DNA of 64,000 bases, taken from assembly GCF_037042905.1 (NCBI RefSeq), contig NC_087251.1, forward strand, positions 44,888,001-44,952,000. The letters are read 5' to 3'. Below, one piece after another: positions 49,282-63,228 of this stretch. The notes below the pieces were generated by a model that did no database searches, was not told where the DNA came from, and was given only the letters and a program-made list of their open reading frames with translations. A program made the translations under genes and the position numbers. Within the stretch, counting starts at the first letter, position 1, and each line of letters starts with the position of its first letter. This DNA is from Lytechinus pictus. Taxonomy: Eukaryota.

Positions 49282-52200
49282 GTGTAAGAACCGTGTCTAT
49301 TGCAGCCACCTATCTATGATTTTGTGTTTCCCTTAGGTGGTCACTATAGACAGATTTCGCTGTATTCTAATTCTTAATGGAATTCCCCCCATTTAATACC
49401 GGACTTACCACAAATTTCTGTTTCCATTTTATAGTCCATTACATTTTTATGGCATCCTGAAGCACTGTAAATCCACAATGAAGATCAAATTAACAGTAAT
49501 GGGATATTTATTCAAGGAAATAGAAACATCAGGGCATATATATTTAAAAGAAAGAGTAATGGGAGTCCCTAAAGTGGTTTTCTTTATGGATTTTAGGTCA
49601 ATATTTTATCAAGGAAATGTTGTAGACAGGCTACGATGGAAAATTAGAATTTTTATGCAGACACATGTTTCAGTACTGAATTGTAGCAATGCGCTGCATG
49701 ATGGTCCGTCTGCTTTGAAGTTCCATAATGCGAGCCACTTTCCATTTCTGGAAAATTGTAAAGGCTGCTGGCAAGCACCAATATTGTATTTATTACATTG
49801 TTGAAATTATTATCCATAATTATGATGTTTTAGAGAACACAATTTTTCAAACTCTCTCACCAAATCTAATATACATGTAGCATTGAAAATCATGTCAATA
49901 GAAAATAAAATTACTCAGAAAATCTTTGGATCTTTAAGGGGTGAAAAATAATTATTTTCACTAATTTTCAAGTGATTTTTATATGGACTTCACAGATTCA
50001 AAATGTAATAAATTAATTTAGCCTTTAAATGGCTTCTCATTTTATATCAAATAACAGGTAGAGTTTTCAACATCCATTGTCTGCGACCAATTTACTGCTT
50101 TTATAAGAACTCGAGAGTCTTTTATTTAAACGGTTTCAGGGTGTTGCGCAGTATTGTAATCCAATCATTTCCTTAGACAAACTTGCTCAAACAGATGCAA
50201 ATATTTAAATTGCTTATTTAAAAAGTAAAAAGTTCATTTTATAGAATTCATTTCATAGTTGTAGGGGGTATTGTGATTGAAACAGGTCAATATCCTTTAA
50301 AGAAATACCAGTTGTGGTAATGATCTCAAAATGAGTTCAAACAGAATCCAATGAAATGACCACCCAAGTGTTTGTACAGTATGCATTACTAAAACGATAT
50401 GTGCCACATGGCACTGGAAAAATATGTGTAATTGCTGAGAAATGAGCAAAATAAACGCGGAATTCAATAAAATGTCAGGTATTTTCTTTACGTTATAATG
50501 CACTCTCCCAGATTTTCTCTTTTGTTTATAGTGATCATCAGAATTATCGGTTTGCAGCTATGATTTCACAAAGATAAGTTTATTTCAATGTACCAGAACT
50601 ACTAGATTTATGCCAATTTTGTGGCATTTAACCTTGACTTTAAAGACTTCCTCATGAAACAATTGTTTGCTGCAACTATTGCAAGAGATCACGCACCAGA
50701 ACATCTTGGTGTAGGCGATAGGATTGTGTACCAATGGGGTAATGATGAAATTTCAAAAAGACTCAAAATATAGGCCTACTACAATGGCACAATGTTTGGT
50801 TTCTTCAGCCTTATTATGGTATTGCCAAATTAACTGGTGTCATTCATTGAAAATGAAGTTACTTTAAAGTTTGATACAGTAATTGTTATCTTTTGGGAAA
50901 TCAGATGAATAGATAGGTCTGCTCAGCCCTTTTCACATGTAGCACTAAAAAAAAAAATCCTGAGAAATCTTTTTATTCGATACAAGGAATTGGTATGGGA
51001 TTGTGTTACCTCAAACATGCATGGCTTTACATATTTCTCCCACTTTCTCACCACTTCATAAACAAATCTATTTTTAGATCTTACTGTTTATAAAGTAGAA
51101 CTTGAGCAAGTTCCTGAAACTTAATGTGGCGTTTATGTCATTAGGTGGTTAACCCCTACGCGACCCACCTTCCTACCGGTCTTATACCAATCTTATACCA
51201 CTTTTCTGCACGTACCACCCCTCATGATCCAGAAATAGCAACCGGGGGTATTAGGTAGGACTATCATTTACTTGCCATTCACATCCCACCTTGCCAAAAA
51301 TGTTCATGACCAAGAAAACTCTGAAGAGTTCTTGGGGTAAAGAGAGCTAAACCCGTTGACAGCCCTGTGCCGTTTCTGATAGGGTGTGTTTATATGCTTC
51401 CATTGCATAGACAGAATCAGCGTTTTCGAACGTTGTTTCAGATCGCTGATCGCAAACATGGTTCTGAAGGTGTTGTTTATGCTTAATTTTTTCAGAGGCG
51501 AAATCGCGATCTGCAGCTGGCTTGGCATCGTAATTTTCGTTGAGCAGGAAAGCGAGGTTGAATTTGGCACGCCCTTTTTTCAAAAGTTTATTTTCTTTTC
51601 CGAGTGCATGGACGACTATTGTTTTAAGTAATTTTAACTTCATTCGAACAATTTTTTATCTTTAACTAAGTAATTGCATGGAGCTACTTGACATAGCTAT
51701 AGAATTTTCACCATGGTGAGGACAATATTAAGATCAAGTAAAGAATATTAAAGTATACATAAGAAAATGATAAGACATCTATTTGTTTATGCTACTGGGG
51801 CTTTTGGCTCAGCGATGTCTCCTCATCATAACTCATGTTCCGTTTTTTTTTTTTTTTGTAAATTCCTCAACATTCATCGTGATGACAAATTAGATGAATA
51901 ATAATAATGATAGTACTTAACTTTATAATCATACATGCAAATGTACATTGGTCATTAATAGAACCAGGGAGACGAGAGGTAAGTCCCTGTTAGAACCATG
52001 CGACTATTTGCCCGCGGATTTTCATCTCACCGGAAGCATGTACCAAATGACGTCATTCAAACATGTTTACGATCGCGTTCCTGTTTATACTTCCCCAGAA
52101 AGCCTGATTCTGGTCAAACAACGTTTAAAAAAGCACCATTTTGTAAGTTTACGACCGGCGTTCTGAAACGTCGTTTAAATGAAAGTAAGCATGGACGCAA

Positions 52201-53516
52201 CCGCGTTTTTGGACTAATCACGTATAAAAACGCTGATTCTGGCCTAAAAAGTGGAAGCATAAACACGGCCTTATACATTTCTGGCTGTGAGCAGTCCTGT
52301 TATAAAGATAAAGAAGCTTATCCCCACTGCATTGACTGGCTTGGCTTGGTTTGTAAGCCACGACGACGACCAGCTGGTAACACACTGTTTGGGGTCATCC
52401 ACTATTGTGTGTACACTCCTTTCTGCACGTAGTCTGATGCTAATGACATGCAAATGAGCTTGGTCTGTTTGGGGTGGGATGGTGTCCGATGGAGGAGTAT
52501 CAAATCTCAAAATAAGACTTGGGCAGGGGTATCAACAAATTGGGGTGTTTTGGGGGGGACAGTTCATTGCAGACTTAGCAGTGCTGATATCATGCATGGT
52601 AATGAAAATTAAGCCTGCATTACAAATACTTGAATTTGCATATATATTTTGTCTCTTATAAGAAAAAAACAAATTTTTCTTCATTTAGTTGAGAAAAAAA
52701 AATTGATGTCAGTTCAGCAGACTGTATATTATCACTTTATAACACTATTCACTTTTAGTTACTGTATCATACATAATTAGAAAAATTCTAATCTCAGCAA
52801 ATTTTAATAGTTTAGTGTTTTATTCAAAACTTATGATTAATTATGTTTAGGAAATAGATAATCAAGTGTCAATTAAGTGTTAAAAATATATCTTTTTATC
52901 TTTATTATTTATTTAAAAGAAAAGGAAAAGACATGCATGTATCCAATAAAAAGAAATTTCCATTTTGCGACAACATATCAATTCAATAACACCTAAGATA
53001 CATAAACCTAGTATAGTTCCTACTAGTTCATGACAAACATATGATAACATTTTTATGAATTGGTTGTGTTTGCAAACATGTTCAAATGTTTATAAAATCA
53101 GTGCAGAAAGTATCTATGAAGGGATACTCCAGGCTTAAGATATTTATATCTCAATAAATAGAGTAAAATTCACAGAGCAAAATGCTAAAAATTTGATCAA
53201 AATCAGATAACAAATAACAAAGTTATTGAATTTTAAAGATTTGCATTATTCCTGTGTAACAGTTCTAGGCATGTCTTCATGAATATTCATTAGGTGGGCT
53301 GATAATGTCATATCCCCACTTGTTCTTTTGTATTTTATTAGGTTTATTAAAAAATCTTCTACAAAGAACTAAAACAATTGGATTGACAACTGATTTGTGC
53401 ATTACTTATTCATTGCTGCAACTTATTTCATCATAATGGAGACACATCATTTACACATTTATAAAAAAATGAAACAATTATGATTTAATGTAATAACATA
53501 ATAAAGGTGTGATTAA

Positions 53517-54111
53517 AGGGGAATCCAACCCAAATAAAAACTTGTTTTTATAAGAAAAAGAAAAGTCAGACAAGTTGATAGGTGAAAGTTTGAACAATAT
53601 TGGACAAACAACAAGAAAGTTATGAATTTTTCAAAGTTGGAAATATTGGTAATCACTATACTCATGGAGACTTCAAATTGGCCGCATATGGGATGTCATA
53701 GTGATGTAAGGCAAGGACTACTCTTCCATGTACTCCACTACATATTATGGCTAAAATGTCATTTTTCCTCAAAGTTTTATTTCAAATTATATTTTTCTTT
53801 CATGAGGACATTTAACAATATACTACCTGGGTTATATTTAGATTACTGCCCCAGGGGAATGGGTACTTAGGAGAAAACCACAAATCCCTGATAATAAAGT
53901 ACATGGCCTATGGGAAGGTTGTCCTTGCCCCTTGTCATAATTTACTTACCCAGTTGCCAATTTGAAATCTACATACTATTAGTGATCCCAATTTTAAAGC
54001 AGCTATAACTTTCTTATTTCTTGTCCGATTTATTTCAAATTTTCACCATTCTGTTTAATTTATTTTTCTCCTTCCCAACACAACATTTTATGACCAAGGC
54101 TGGATTCCCCT
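53517..54111. mobile_element. Kolobok-like MITE family C (AGGGGAATCCA...TGGATTCCCCT, TTAA TSD)
   Basis: TTAA at 53513-53516 and 54112-54115. Confidence 0.8.
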
Positions 54112-54179
54112 TTAATTTGATTGATGATATTGTGTTTTTATGGTGTTACACCTCAGTTGCCTAGATATATAACAATATA

Positions 54180-54460
54180 AGCGTTGTGGCCCAGTGGATT
54201 AGTCTTCGGACTTTGAAACAGAGGGTCGTGGGTTCGAATCCCAGCCATGGCGTAATTTCTTTTAGCAAGAAACTCATCCACAATGTGCTGCACTCAACCC
54301 AGGTGAGGTAAATGGGTACCGGTAGGAAGTTATTCCTCAAGAAGCTGTGTGCGCTATGAACGCCTAGCTTAGCCGGGTAATATAGGAGCGCCTTGAGCAC
54401 CTAACAAGGTGGATATGTGCGCAATATAAATACCCTATATTATTATTATTATTATTATTA
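54180..54460 (+). mobile_element. tRNA-derived SINE family B with (TTA)n tail
   Basis: A box TGGCCCAGTGG, B box GGTTCGAATCC, body shared with 28411-28651. Confidence 0.85.
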
Positions 54461-54592
54461 TAACATGTTACTTTTGATTTGTTCAGAATTCCACCCTGGA
54501 GAAATACATTTTTCTCTTGCTCTGATTCAGATTTTTGTCTTGATAAGTGAAATATGTTCAGTGTATTTGTGCCACTTGCTTCCAGGAACATA

Positions 54593-55041
54593 GACGCCGT
54601 TCTCACTACGTTCCTAAAACTAGTTTACTGGAAACTAGTTTAACGCATAGTGAGAACGGTCAAAGCGGTCTTGGAAGCGATCTTCCAAACCAGTTTGGAA
54701 AACCACCTCGCGATGTAGTTTTCAAGATCGCTTTGCCTCGGTAAACTGGTTTTAGCATAAGTGAGGACAGAACCGTTCTTCGGGAAGCCATTTTCGCACA
54801 TTTTGAGTGCGCTACTCCACACAACAGGTGTAGAATGCCTATGCTGCGGTTTCGAATTTCGCACGAAACGTGTCTCCCCACTGGGAGCATTTTCATAGCA
54901 ACAAGAATGCTTTACGTGAAGTGATTTTGAAAACCACTTTCGTGTGATGAAATGGGAATGCTAGCTAAGCGATCTTCCAAACTGGTTTCCTGAACCGGTT
55001 TCCAGTAAACTAGTTTTAAAAAGCGTAATGAGAACGGTGTC
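54593..55041. mobile_element. MITE (TIR GACGCCGTTCTCACTACG / CGTAATGAGAACGGTGTC)
   Basis: TIRs plus subterminal AAACTAGTTT palindromes. Confidence 0.75.
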
Positions 55042-55135
55042 ATTTTCATGAAGAGTAACAGCTATTATAGATTGTCCATTATGGCAACTTTCATGAAAGC
55101 AGGGTGCAGCAGCCAATCACATTTAAGTCTCAATT

Positions 55136-55585
55136 ACCGAGTTTACACGTGCATCGGCTCACGGTTCAGAACCAAAAGCCGATGCAGAATCGGCTTTTGG
55201 TTTATCTTGCACAACGTTTACTCGCTGTCACAGCTCGCGGTGCAGAATTCGGCTCGTGTGGCAAAAACCTGAAATGACTCGCGCACCAACAATACACGTC
55301 GTAATAAAGACAATGCTGGATCCGTGCGCTTTGAAGTACGTCATAATGGTAAAGTAAATGAAATGCGCTCCAATTGCTGATGCAGAATCGGCTTTCTGTT
55401 TACACGTAGAAAAAAGCCGATTCTGCATCGGCACGTGGTTCTAAACCTACTACTTTGGTGGTGCAAAATTGCAGATTCTAAACCGAGAGCCGATGCAGGT
55501 TAATCGCGTTTACACGCAACAAAAAAGCCGATTCTGCATCGCCTCGCGGTTCTGAACCACGAGCCATGGAGCGTGTAAACATGGT
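55136..55585. mobile_element. Foldback MITE (ACCGAGTTTACACG...CGTGTAAACATGGT)
   Basis: TIR plus multiple internal GCCGATGCAGAATCGGC inverted repeats. Confidence 0.75.
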
Positions 55586-55632
55586 AAATAAGGCTATGAA
55601 ACTAGGGCCCCAGATTTTTACTTTGCATGTAA

Positions 55633-55917
<285 letters not shown>

Positions 55918-55919
55918 TA

Positions 55920-56088
55920 GTCCTCCTCTTTATCACTATCATCATCATTACCATCATCAGTATCATTAACATCATCATCATCATCGTTATCAATTATCAT
56001 CATCAGCACTATCTTCTTCTTCATCATCATCATCATCGCCATCTTCATCATCATTGTCATTTTTATCATCTAATCATTATCATCATTT
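55920..56088 (+). repeat. Degenerate (CAT)n repeat
   Basis: Seen directly. Confidence 0.9.
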
Positions 56089-58109
56089 TCAACTTTTCAC
56101 TGAAAACCAACTTTGATAACGTCCATATTTTTATATACTGTGTCCATAGTTATTTTGCCCAGTGAATCTAAAGCTCTTTTCTTACAGGTGAAATTAACTT
56201 CCACTTTTTGAAATATAATGATTTCTACCCAACTTTCATGAGATCATAAAATCATAAAATGAAAATGATCATCTTTCAATTTCATATCTTTCAAATGATT
56301 CATCATCATTATATATAAGCCTACACATTCATGTGTCATTTGACAAAGTTTAAGATGGTATGATAATGAAAGCCACATATTCCCTTATCAATCAGCTCCC
56401 TCTTTTTACCAAAGACATAAAGGAAAGCAACCTTCCATAGTTTGAAAAAATGCCATTAGCAAGATAAGGGCTGTTTGATTTGCATTCATTTTCAATCTAA
56501 ATATTACGCTGATTGATAAGCAGGTTCTAGTTGAGCATTACTAGCTTGTATATGTTTGCTCAGAACTCCCCCTTTATTTGTCATTGTGTTATGGGTGGCG
56601 TACGTGCAGTTTCAGTCATGTGACTCACTCCCAACCACAGGGTCCTAAGCCAACATTGAATCTGAAGCTAGTCTTTCATAAAATGGGGTCATATATCACC
56701 TTAAGGCTATTTCAACGCTTGGTTAAAATAAAGATACGTCAGCATACCACTTGTCTTCTTCTTCTTCTTGCGGTTTTTTCTGCAGCCTTCCCTTTCAAGA
56801 TTTATATGAAAAATGATATGGAATAAAATACAAATTTCAAAACTATTGTAATTATGATTTGGCTACATCATGATATACCACTAATTGATACGAACTTATG
56901 AATGTCATACTGTAGATTTTTTTAAATCTGTTGCTTGTGGTTATTTGAGTCTTTGATGCAAACACTTGTACACATATATCTTAAACTTTCCTTCTCAGCT
57001 AGCTAGAGATAGACCTATTCATTTACTTAGCTATCATGCTCTTCATGAAATCATTTCATTTTATTTCAATAATTGATTTACGGCAGATGAAGGACTTTAT
57101 GAAATGTACAGAAATAACTGATGTAAGCCTCTTGATGTCAAAATAGTTGTGGATTACATCATAAACTTTAGGAAGCTCATTACTACGTGTCATATAAAAC
57201 AAATGATAGAAGGCTCCATTAATGAGGTTGAGCTCACTACGTGACATACGTGACAGAACACACATGTTACTGATAAATAAATATTCGGTCATTTATTAAC
57301 CAGGACTAACTTGCATTTGGGAGCAAAGTTTTCTAGTCATCCATGTATCATGGTAATAACATTTTTCCGTTGTTTTTCTTCAGTATGGAATTCGAGATAC
57401 TTTATGTCAATAAATCTTCAAATGCTTCTTCATTTTTGGACTTGATTGTTGTCAGGGAATTTTGAAGGGGCTTTTCAAAAAAAGCTTTGGATCCCATTTG
57501 CACTTAGAAATTGTTTAATTACTCTTCACTCTGAACCCCTATTTAAAAAAAGAATAAAGATTAAGAATATTTCTACATTTTTAGATCATTACCCCCAAAA
57601 TCTATGTGATTATATTTTGTTAATATACTAGTAGATACTTTTAAAACCTTAACCTATGGATGATTTCAATCAAATTGTGTAAAGTGTGCTATAGAATCTT
57701 GAGCATGATCAGCACTATAGAAATGAATCTAGTATCTCTTTTTGTATATTAAAGTCAGACCAAAATCACCATCAAGGGGAGTTAAAACAGGGCAAAAAAT
57801 GAAATCGGTCGTCAAATATCTGCCTAACAATGTTTGACCAATAATCGCCAATAATCGCCAGAACGATTTCAAATTTGAAGTGCTATGCACCAAGATTGGC
57901 ATATTTACTGGTATTGGAATGGTCGAGAAATATAAACCCTCCCATTGACTCATGTACAATGAAGCTCAAAATTTTATGACAATCATATCACAATACAAGT
58001 AAGCAGGAAATATGCCCACCCATCCCTGCAGAGCTTCCCTTGACCAGGAATCATTACTATCATTTAGTTTCTCAATCATTCAGTGTGAACCCGACTACCA
58101 CTGGAAGTA

Positions 58110-59430
58110 TCATGGTGAAGCAGTTCAGACTCTTGCCTTGTAATCAGAGGGTCGTGTGTTCAAATCCCACCAGGGCCTAACGTCCTTCAGCAAGGCAGCA
58201 GTCTACACTTCACTGTCACTGTCCACCCAGGTGTTAGATAGGTACCCATAAAGATGCAAAAGCCTAAAAGTAGCCTATAATATGATTTTTCACACACTAC
58301 TTTTTTTTCCTTAACCCCGGGAAATTGGTTGGGCTAAGGGGGGCCTTAGCCCCACCAATTTCGCGGGGTTAAGCTTAGCCCACTTCGTTTTCACACTACG
58401 TTTTAGCAAAGTGGGCTAGCACGGTAAATAGTACAGTACTATCTGGCCCTGCAAAAAAGCAGGGTTAGCCGGCTTATTGTGGTGCTAGCACCACAATTTT
58501 GGTGCTAAGAGATGCAGTGTGAAACGAAACCGGGCTAAGGAAAAGTGGGGCTAAGCAATAGCCAATCACAGAAGTCGAAATTGCACGTTAATCACGCTCT
58601 GTATGGTAAAATCATCAATATTCATGAGCCGTGGGATAGTCCGGGGTTAAGGCGTTAACCCCGGCTAAGCAGATAGTATGGGGTTAAGAAAGACAGTGTG
58701 AATCCAAAAATAAGATAGTATGGGGTTAAGGATAGTATGGGGTTGAGGAAATGCAATGTGAAAAGCATATAGTGCTTTTAACACTGCACTTTTTTTCCTT
58801 AACCCCAGGAAATTGGTGGGGCTCAGGGGGGTCTTAACCCCACCAATTTCCCAGGGTTAAGCTTAGCCCACTTCGTTTTCACACTACGTTTCAGCAAAGT
58901 GGGCTAGCACGGTAAATAGTACGGTACTATCTGGCCCTGCAAAAAGCAGGGTTAGCCGGCTTATTGTGGCGGTGCTAAGAGATGCAGTGTGAAACGAAAC
59001 AGGGCTAAGCAAAAGTGGGGCTAAGCATTAGCCAATCACAGAAGTCGAAATTGCACGTTAATCGCGCTCTGTATGGTAAAATCATCAATATTTATGAGCT
59101 GTGTGATTGCCCGAGGTTAAGGCGTTTACCCCGGCTAAGCAAATAGTACGGGGTTAAGAAAGACAGTGTGAATAAAAAAAAAGATAGTATGGGGTTAAAC
59201 ATAGTCCGGGGTTAAGGATAGTATGGGGTTAAGGAAATGCAGTGTGAAAAGCATATAATTGTGTCTTGGAACTCTTGTTGGAATACTCCCCAGGGAAAGG
59301 CAAAAGTGCATACATTGTGTGCGGGCATATTGCCAAGATCCTGACCGGGATAATAATAATTACATTGTAAAGTGCTTAGAGCCACATACATGTAGTATCA
59401 AACGCTATATTAACTATTTTTATTATTATT
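58110..59430 (+). mobile_element. Degenerate tRNA-derived SINE split by the dimeric insertion 58282-59254
   Basis: Head ...GAGGGTCGTGTGTTCAAATCCC at ~58147-58168; tail GTAAAGTGCTTAGAG...AACGCTATATTAAC..(TTA)n at ~59367-59430. Confidence 0.6.
58282..59254. mobile_element. Head-to-tail dimer of a ~485-bp inverted-repeat MITE (units ~58282-58768 and ~58772-59254)
   Basis: Each unit is bounded by TGCTTTTCACACTGC-like / GCAGTGTGAAAAGCA ends; the bodies are closely similar. Confidence 0.85.
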
Positions 59431-59477
59431 AACTCATTAAAAACCACATTAACAATTTCCATAGATTTTGTACATAG

Positions 59478-59711
<234 letters not shown>

Positions 59712-60284
59712 TGATGAAAATGAAACCTTTGAAACCAGTTGTTTTGGTATCTAATTTGCAGAAGCATGGGGGTCGTAAGATGGACATTAGAGATAGTAAG
59801 ATGGACATGATTAGAGAAACAGACCAAGAAATTTTTAGAAAAATTGAATAAATGACAGACAAAGAGCATTTGAGTGTTGAGATCACTAATGATTTTGAGA
59901 TCCTCCCATTTGGCAATGTGCCCAAAATGAAAAATAATTAATTTTAACGTGCATATAACTTTAAAAAGTTAAACGCAATAGAAAACCTGATCTTTTTTTT
60001 TTTTGGGGGGGGGGGGTCATTGTGTGACATCTCATCTTGGGTGCATTGTCAGTATAAGGATCTTCATAGCATTGGGAAATAATGATATGCTCTCAAATGT
60101 TGTATGTCATATTTTTCTCAAACTTTCTTTGAATCTTCTGTTTTCAAACAAGCTAACTCTTCATTCTCCTTTACTTGATTGAGAGAGTCAGTTTCTTCAA
60201 TTCATATATTAACCAATTTGTATGGTATCAAACTTATGATAGCTTCACCTACATGTATATTATTATTACTGGAACTCCAAACAA

Positions 60285-60720
60285 TAGGTGGTTTCAGACC
60301 GCCTCGAAGTTTGTCAGTTACAGGTATTTTCTGATCGGGAAATTTACCCCGATCAGAAAATACCAGGTAATATTGGCACTGTGAAAGCAAATTACGCGTG
60401 ATCTCCCCGAAAGAAAATACCCACTAATAGTAGGTACTTGTCAAAATTATGATAACTTTCGCGGGGATTTTCCACAGGTAATTTGGCAATGTGAAAGCAA
60501 TTTACGGGAACTTTTAGCCAAGCGTTAGGTTGGGCGCGGGCGCTGTGGGTGGCTGCTTATCAGACCATACTGCGCATGCTCGTAACTTCAGGAACTTATC
60601 CAGAAGGGTATGTTTCAGGGCGGTGTGAATGCAGGAATAATTAATGGGTATTTTTTAGCCTGAAAAAGTTCTTGTAATTTAACGGGGATTCTTATGATCG
60701 AGGCAGTTTGAAACCACCTA
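60285..60720. mobile_element. MITE (TIR TAGGTGGTTTCAGACCGCCTCGA / TCGAGGCAGTTTGAAACCACCTA)
   Basis: 23-bp imperfect TIR seen directly. Confidence 0.8.
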
Positions 60721-60942
60721 ATGTCTGCCGTTTTGGCTAGAGATAAAGCCTGGATACCATTTTCTTTGACCATCCATGGGACTGACTGCTTTAAACACCA
60801 TTCTCTCATGAGATTTGTAAAGTTTAGTATAACAATAATAGGGAAAAACTCTTACTTTGAAAGAAAAGGTATAATTTCACAATGCCAGTCTTACACTATA
60901 AAGGGAGTTGATAAAATGACAGCTTCTATTCTTATAGTTTAA

Positions 60943-61536
60943 AGGTCAAGTCCATCCCAGAAAAAATGTTGATTTGAATAAATAGAGTAAAATAAAACAG
61001 CAGAATGCTGAAAATTTCATCAAAAAAGGATGTAGAATAAGAAAGTTATGGCATTTTAAAGTTTCCCTTATTTTTCACAAAACAGTGATATCCAGAACTC
61101 AGTGACATGCAGATGAGTCGGTCGATGATGTCCATCACTCACTATTTCTTTTGTTTTTTATTGTTTGAATTATACAACATTTCTTTTTTACAGATTTGAC
61201 AATAAGGACCAACTTGACTGAACCATATTAAACAATGCTAATTCCCATGTTAAGGGAGGAATTAATCTTTGTTTCACTTGACAATGAGGGGAAAATTTGA
61301 ATATTTCAGATAATAAAAAACAAAAGAAATAGTGAGTGTGTTACGTCATCAGTCCCCTCATTGGCATACCGACCAGGATGTGCATATAACTGTTTTGCGA
61401 AATTAAGTGAAACTTTAAAATGTCATAACTTTCTTATTTTACATCCGATTTTGATGAAATTTTCACTGTTATGCTTGTTGGATTTTCTATTATTATTCAA
61501 ATCAACTTTTTGGGGGGGATGGACTTGTCCTGTCCT
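60943..61536. mobile_element. Kolobok-like MITE family A
   Basis: TTAA flanks; body matches 42014-42603. Confidence 0.82.
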
Positions 61537-62265
61537 TTAAGTCAATCTGTTTGACTTTGAAATACTCCTTGGAAATACCATTTCTCATTTACTGCTCCCC
61601 ATTTTACTCTATGATCACAGGGAAAGCCCCCCCCCCCCCACCATGAGGAATATCCTACTTTGCATTAGGGAAAGGATGTGATTTGAATGGTAGGTTGTCA
61701 GGGAATTTTGGACAAAATGGCCCCTTCTGAGGGCCCCCCTTCTGGTCAATCCTGTTTCCACTACTGATTCATACAGTAGGCCTACTATCAATATTGTATC
61801 AATCATGTACTGTTACCTCGCGAGTAATATAACAGCATGGGGATACCAAAGGCCTTTGATAATTTAATTAAATTAACTGCCTGTATAAATGGGGAAGCAG
61901 CTGGGGCTTTGATCAGCAGGGGGACAGCAATGTTTTTTAAAAGAATTCCTTTGCTCTGTTATGTATGTAATGTGTTCACGAAGGACATGGACGTATTCGT
62001 TTTTCTGATCAGACTCAGAGGTGTATGCCTCTTATCCGAGCCTCCTATATATTCATTGGAATTGGATTGATAATTAATTTATAATTTACCCTGTTTATAT
62101 CACTTCAAACATTTTGTCAATCAATCTTGTTTTGAAATCTGAAATGTTGGAAGGCATGGCAATGGCAGAGCTCTATGATGATGTTGCCATACCATCTCAA
62201 TAAAAGAGAGAAAAGTGAATGTCTTCTGCATGCTGCATGAATAGAATATATGGAATATACATATG

Positions 62266-62304
<39 letters not shown>

Positions 62305-63228
62305 CATATTTTCTATACATGTCTCACTAGAACGATACAAGGGTGGTGTTTCACTATTCATAGTTATGCACGACAACTGGAACATGTTCTTAAGTGCTAA
62401 GTCAGCTACAAAGTAATATAATATGGAGCAAAAGAAAATTTCACCAATTATGCTATAAAAGTCATTTGCAACTTTTATTCAAGCAGCTTTATGAAACATC
62501 CACCTGGTAAAACATTCTTTCAATGTGATGTGTGATAACGTATTTTGAATTCACAAACATTTTGTTTCTGAAGTAATTAGCAATTGTATTTTTGACTCAC
62601 TGTTCTTAGTACAAGTACAGGCTCTTGTTCCTTGCATTGGTGATTGAGATTGAGAATATACTCTGACACCGTACTTCTGACGTAAACACATTCAATCACA
62701 TACGATGGAACATACGTACGTAGTGTGTGTGACGACACAGCTGGGAAGGCTTTATCTTTTACAAACAAAACATGCTAATGAATGGTGCAATGTGCCTATG
62801 ACATACTTTTGATATTGCTCATAATGTCAAATATGTAGGTCTGTGCTCCTAGCAAACTGGATATCAGTTTCAGAACACATGAGAAATGCGTGCACACAGC
62901 AATATGTTATTTCAGAGTATGGTCTTTGAGTTTGACTGAGCGAATGTCGTTGTTTCAATCATCGCATTGTCGATATTGTTAATGAGTGGTGTAACACTTT
63001 CATGCACTGCGCATGGAATATACAGTATGTTCGTATGTGCCCGACTATGTGGTACATTGACATTTGAGTTTGAGAAACGTGGTAAGACAAGGTGTGTATA
63101 GCAATCACAGTGGAAGTTGTACAAACATTTATGTGAATGCCATTCGATCCACCTGATGTTATGTTGATCCTATAATTCTATGTGATTAACACTCTCTCAT
63201 GTTCTGACCTTTCTTCACATTACTTCAG

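Noticed and set aside
54180-54250. tRNA gene
   Set aside because: It is the head of a SINE with a (TTA)n tail and a second copy at 28411-28651.
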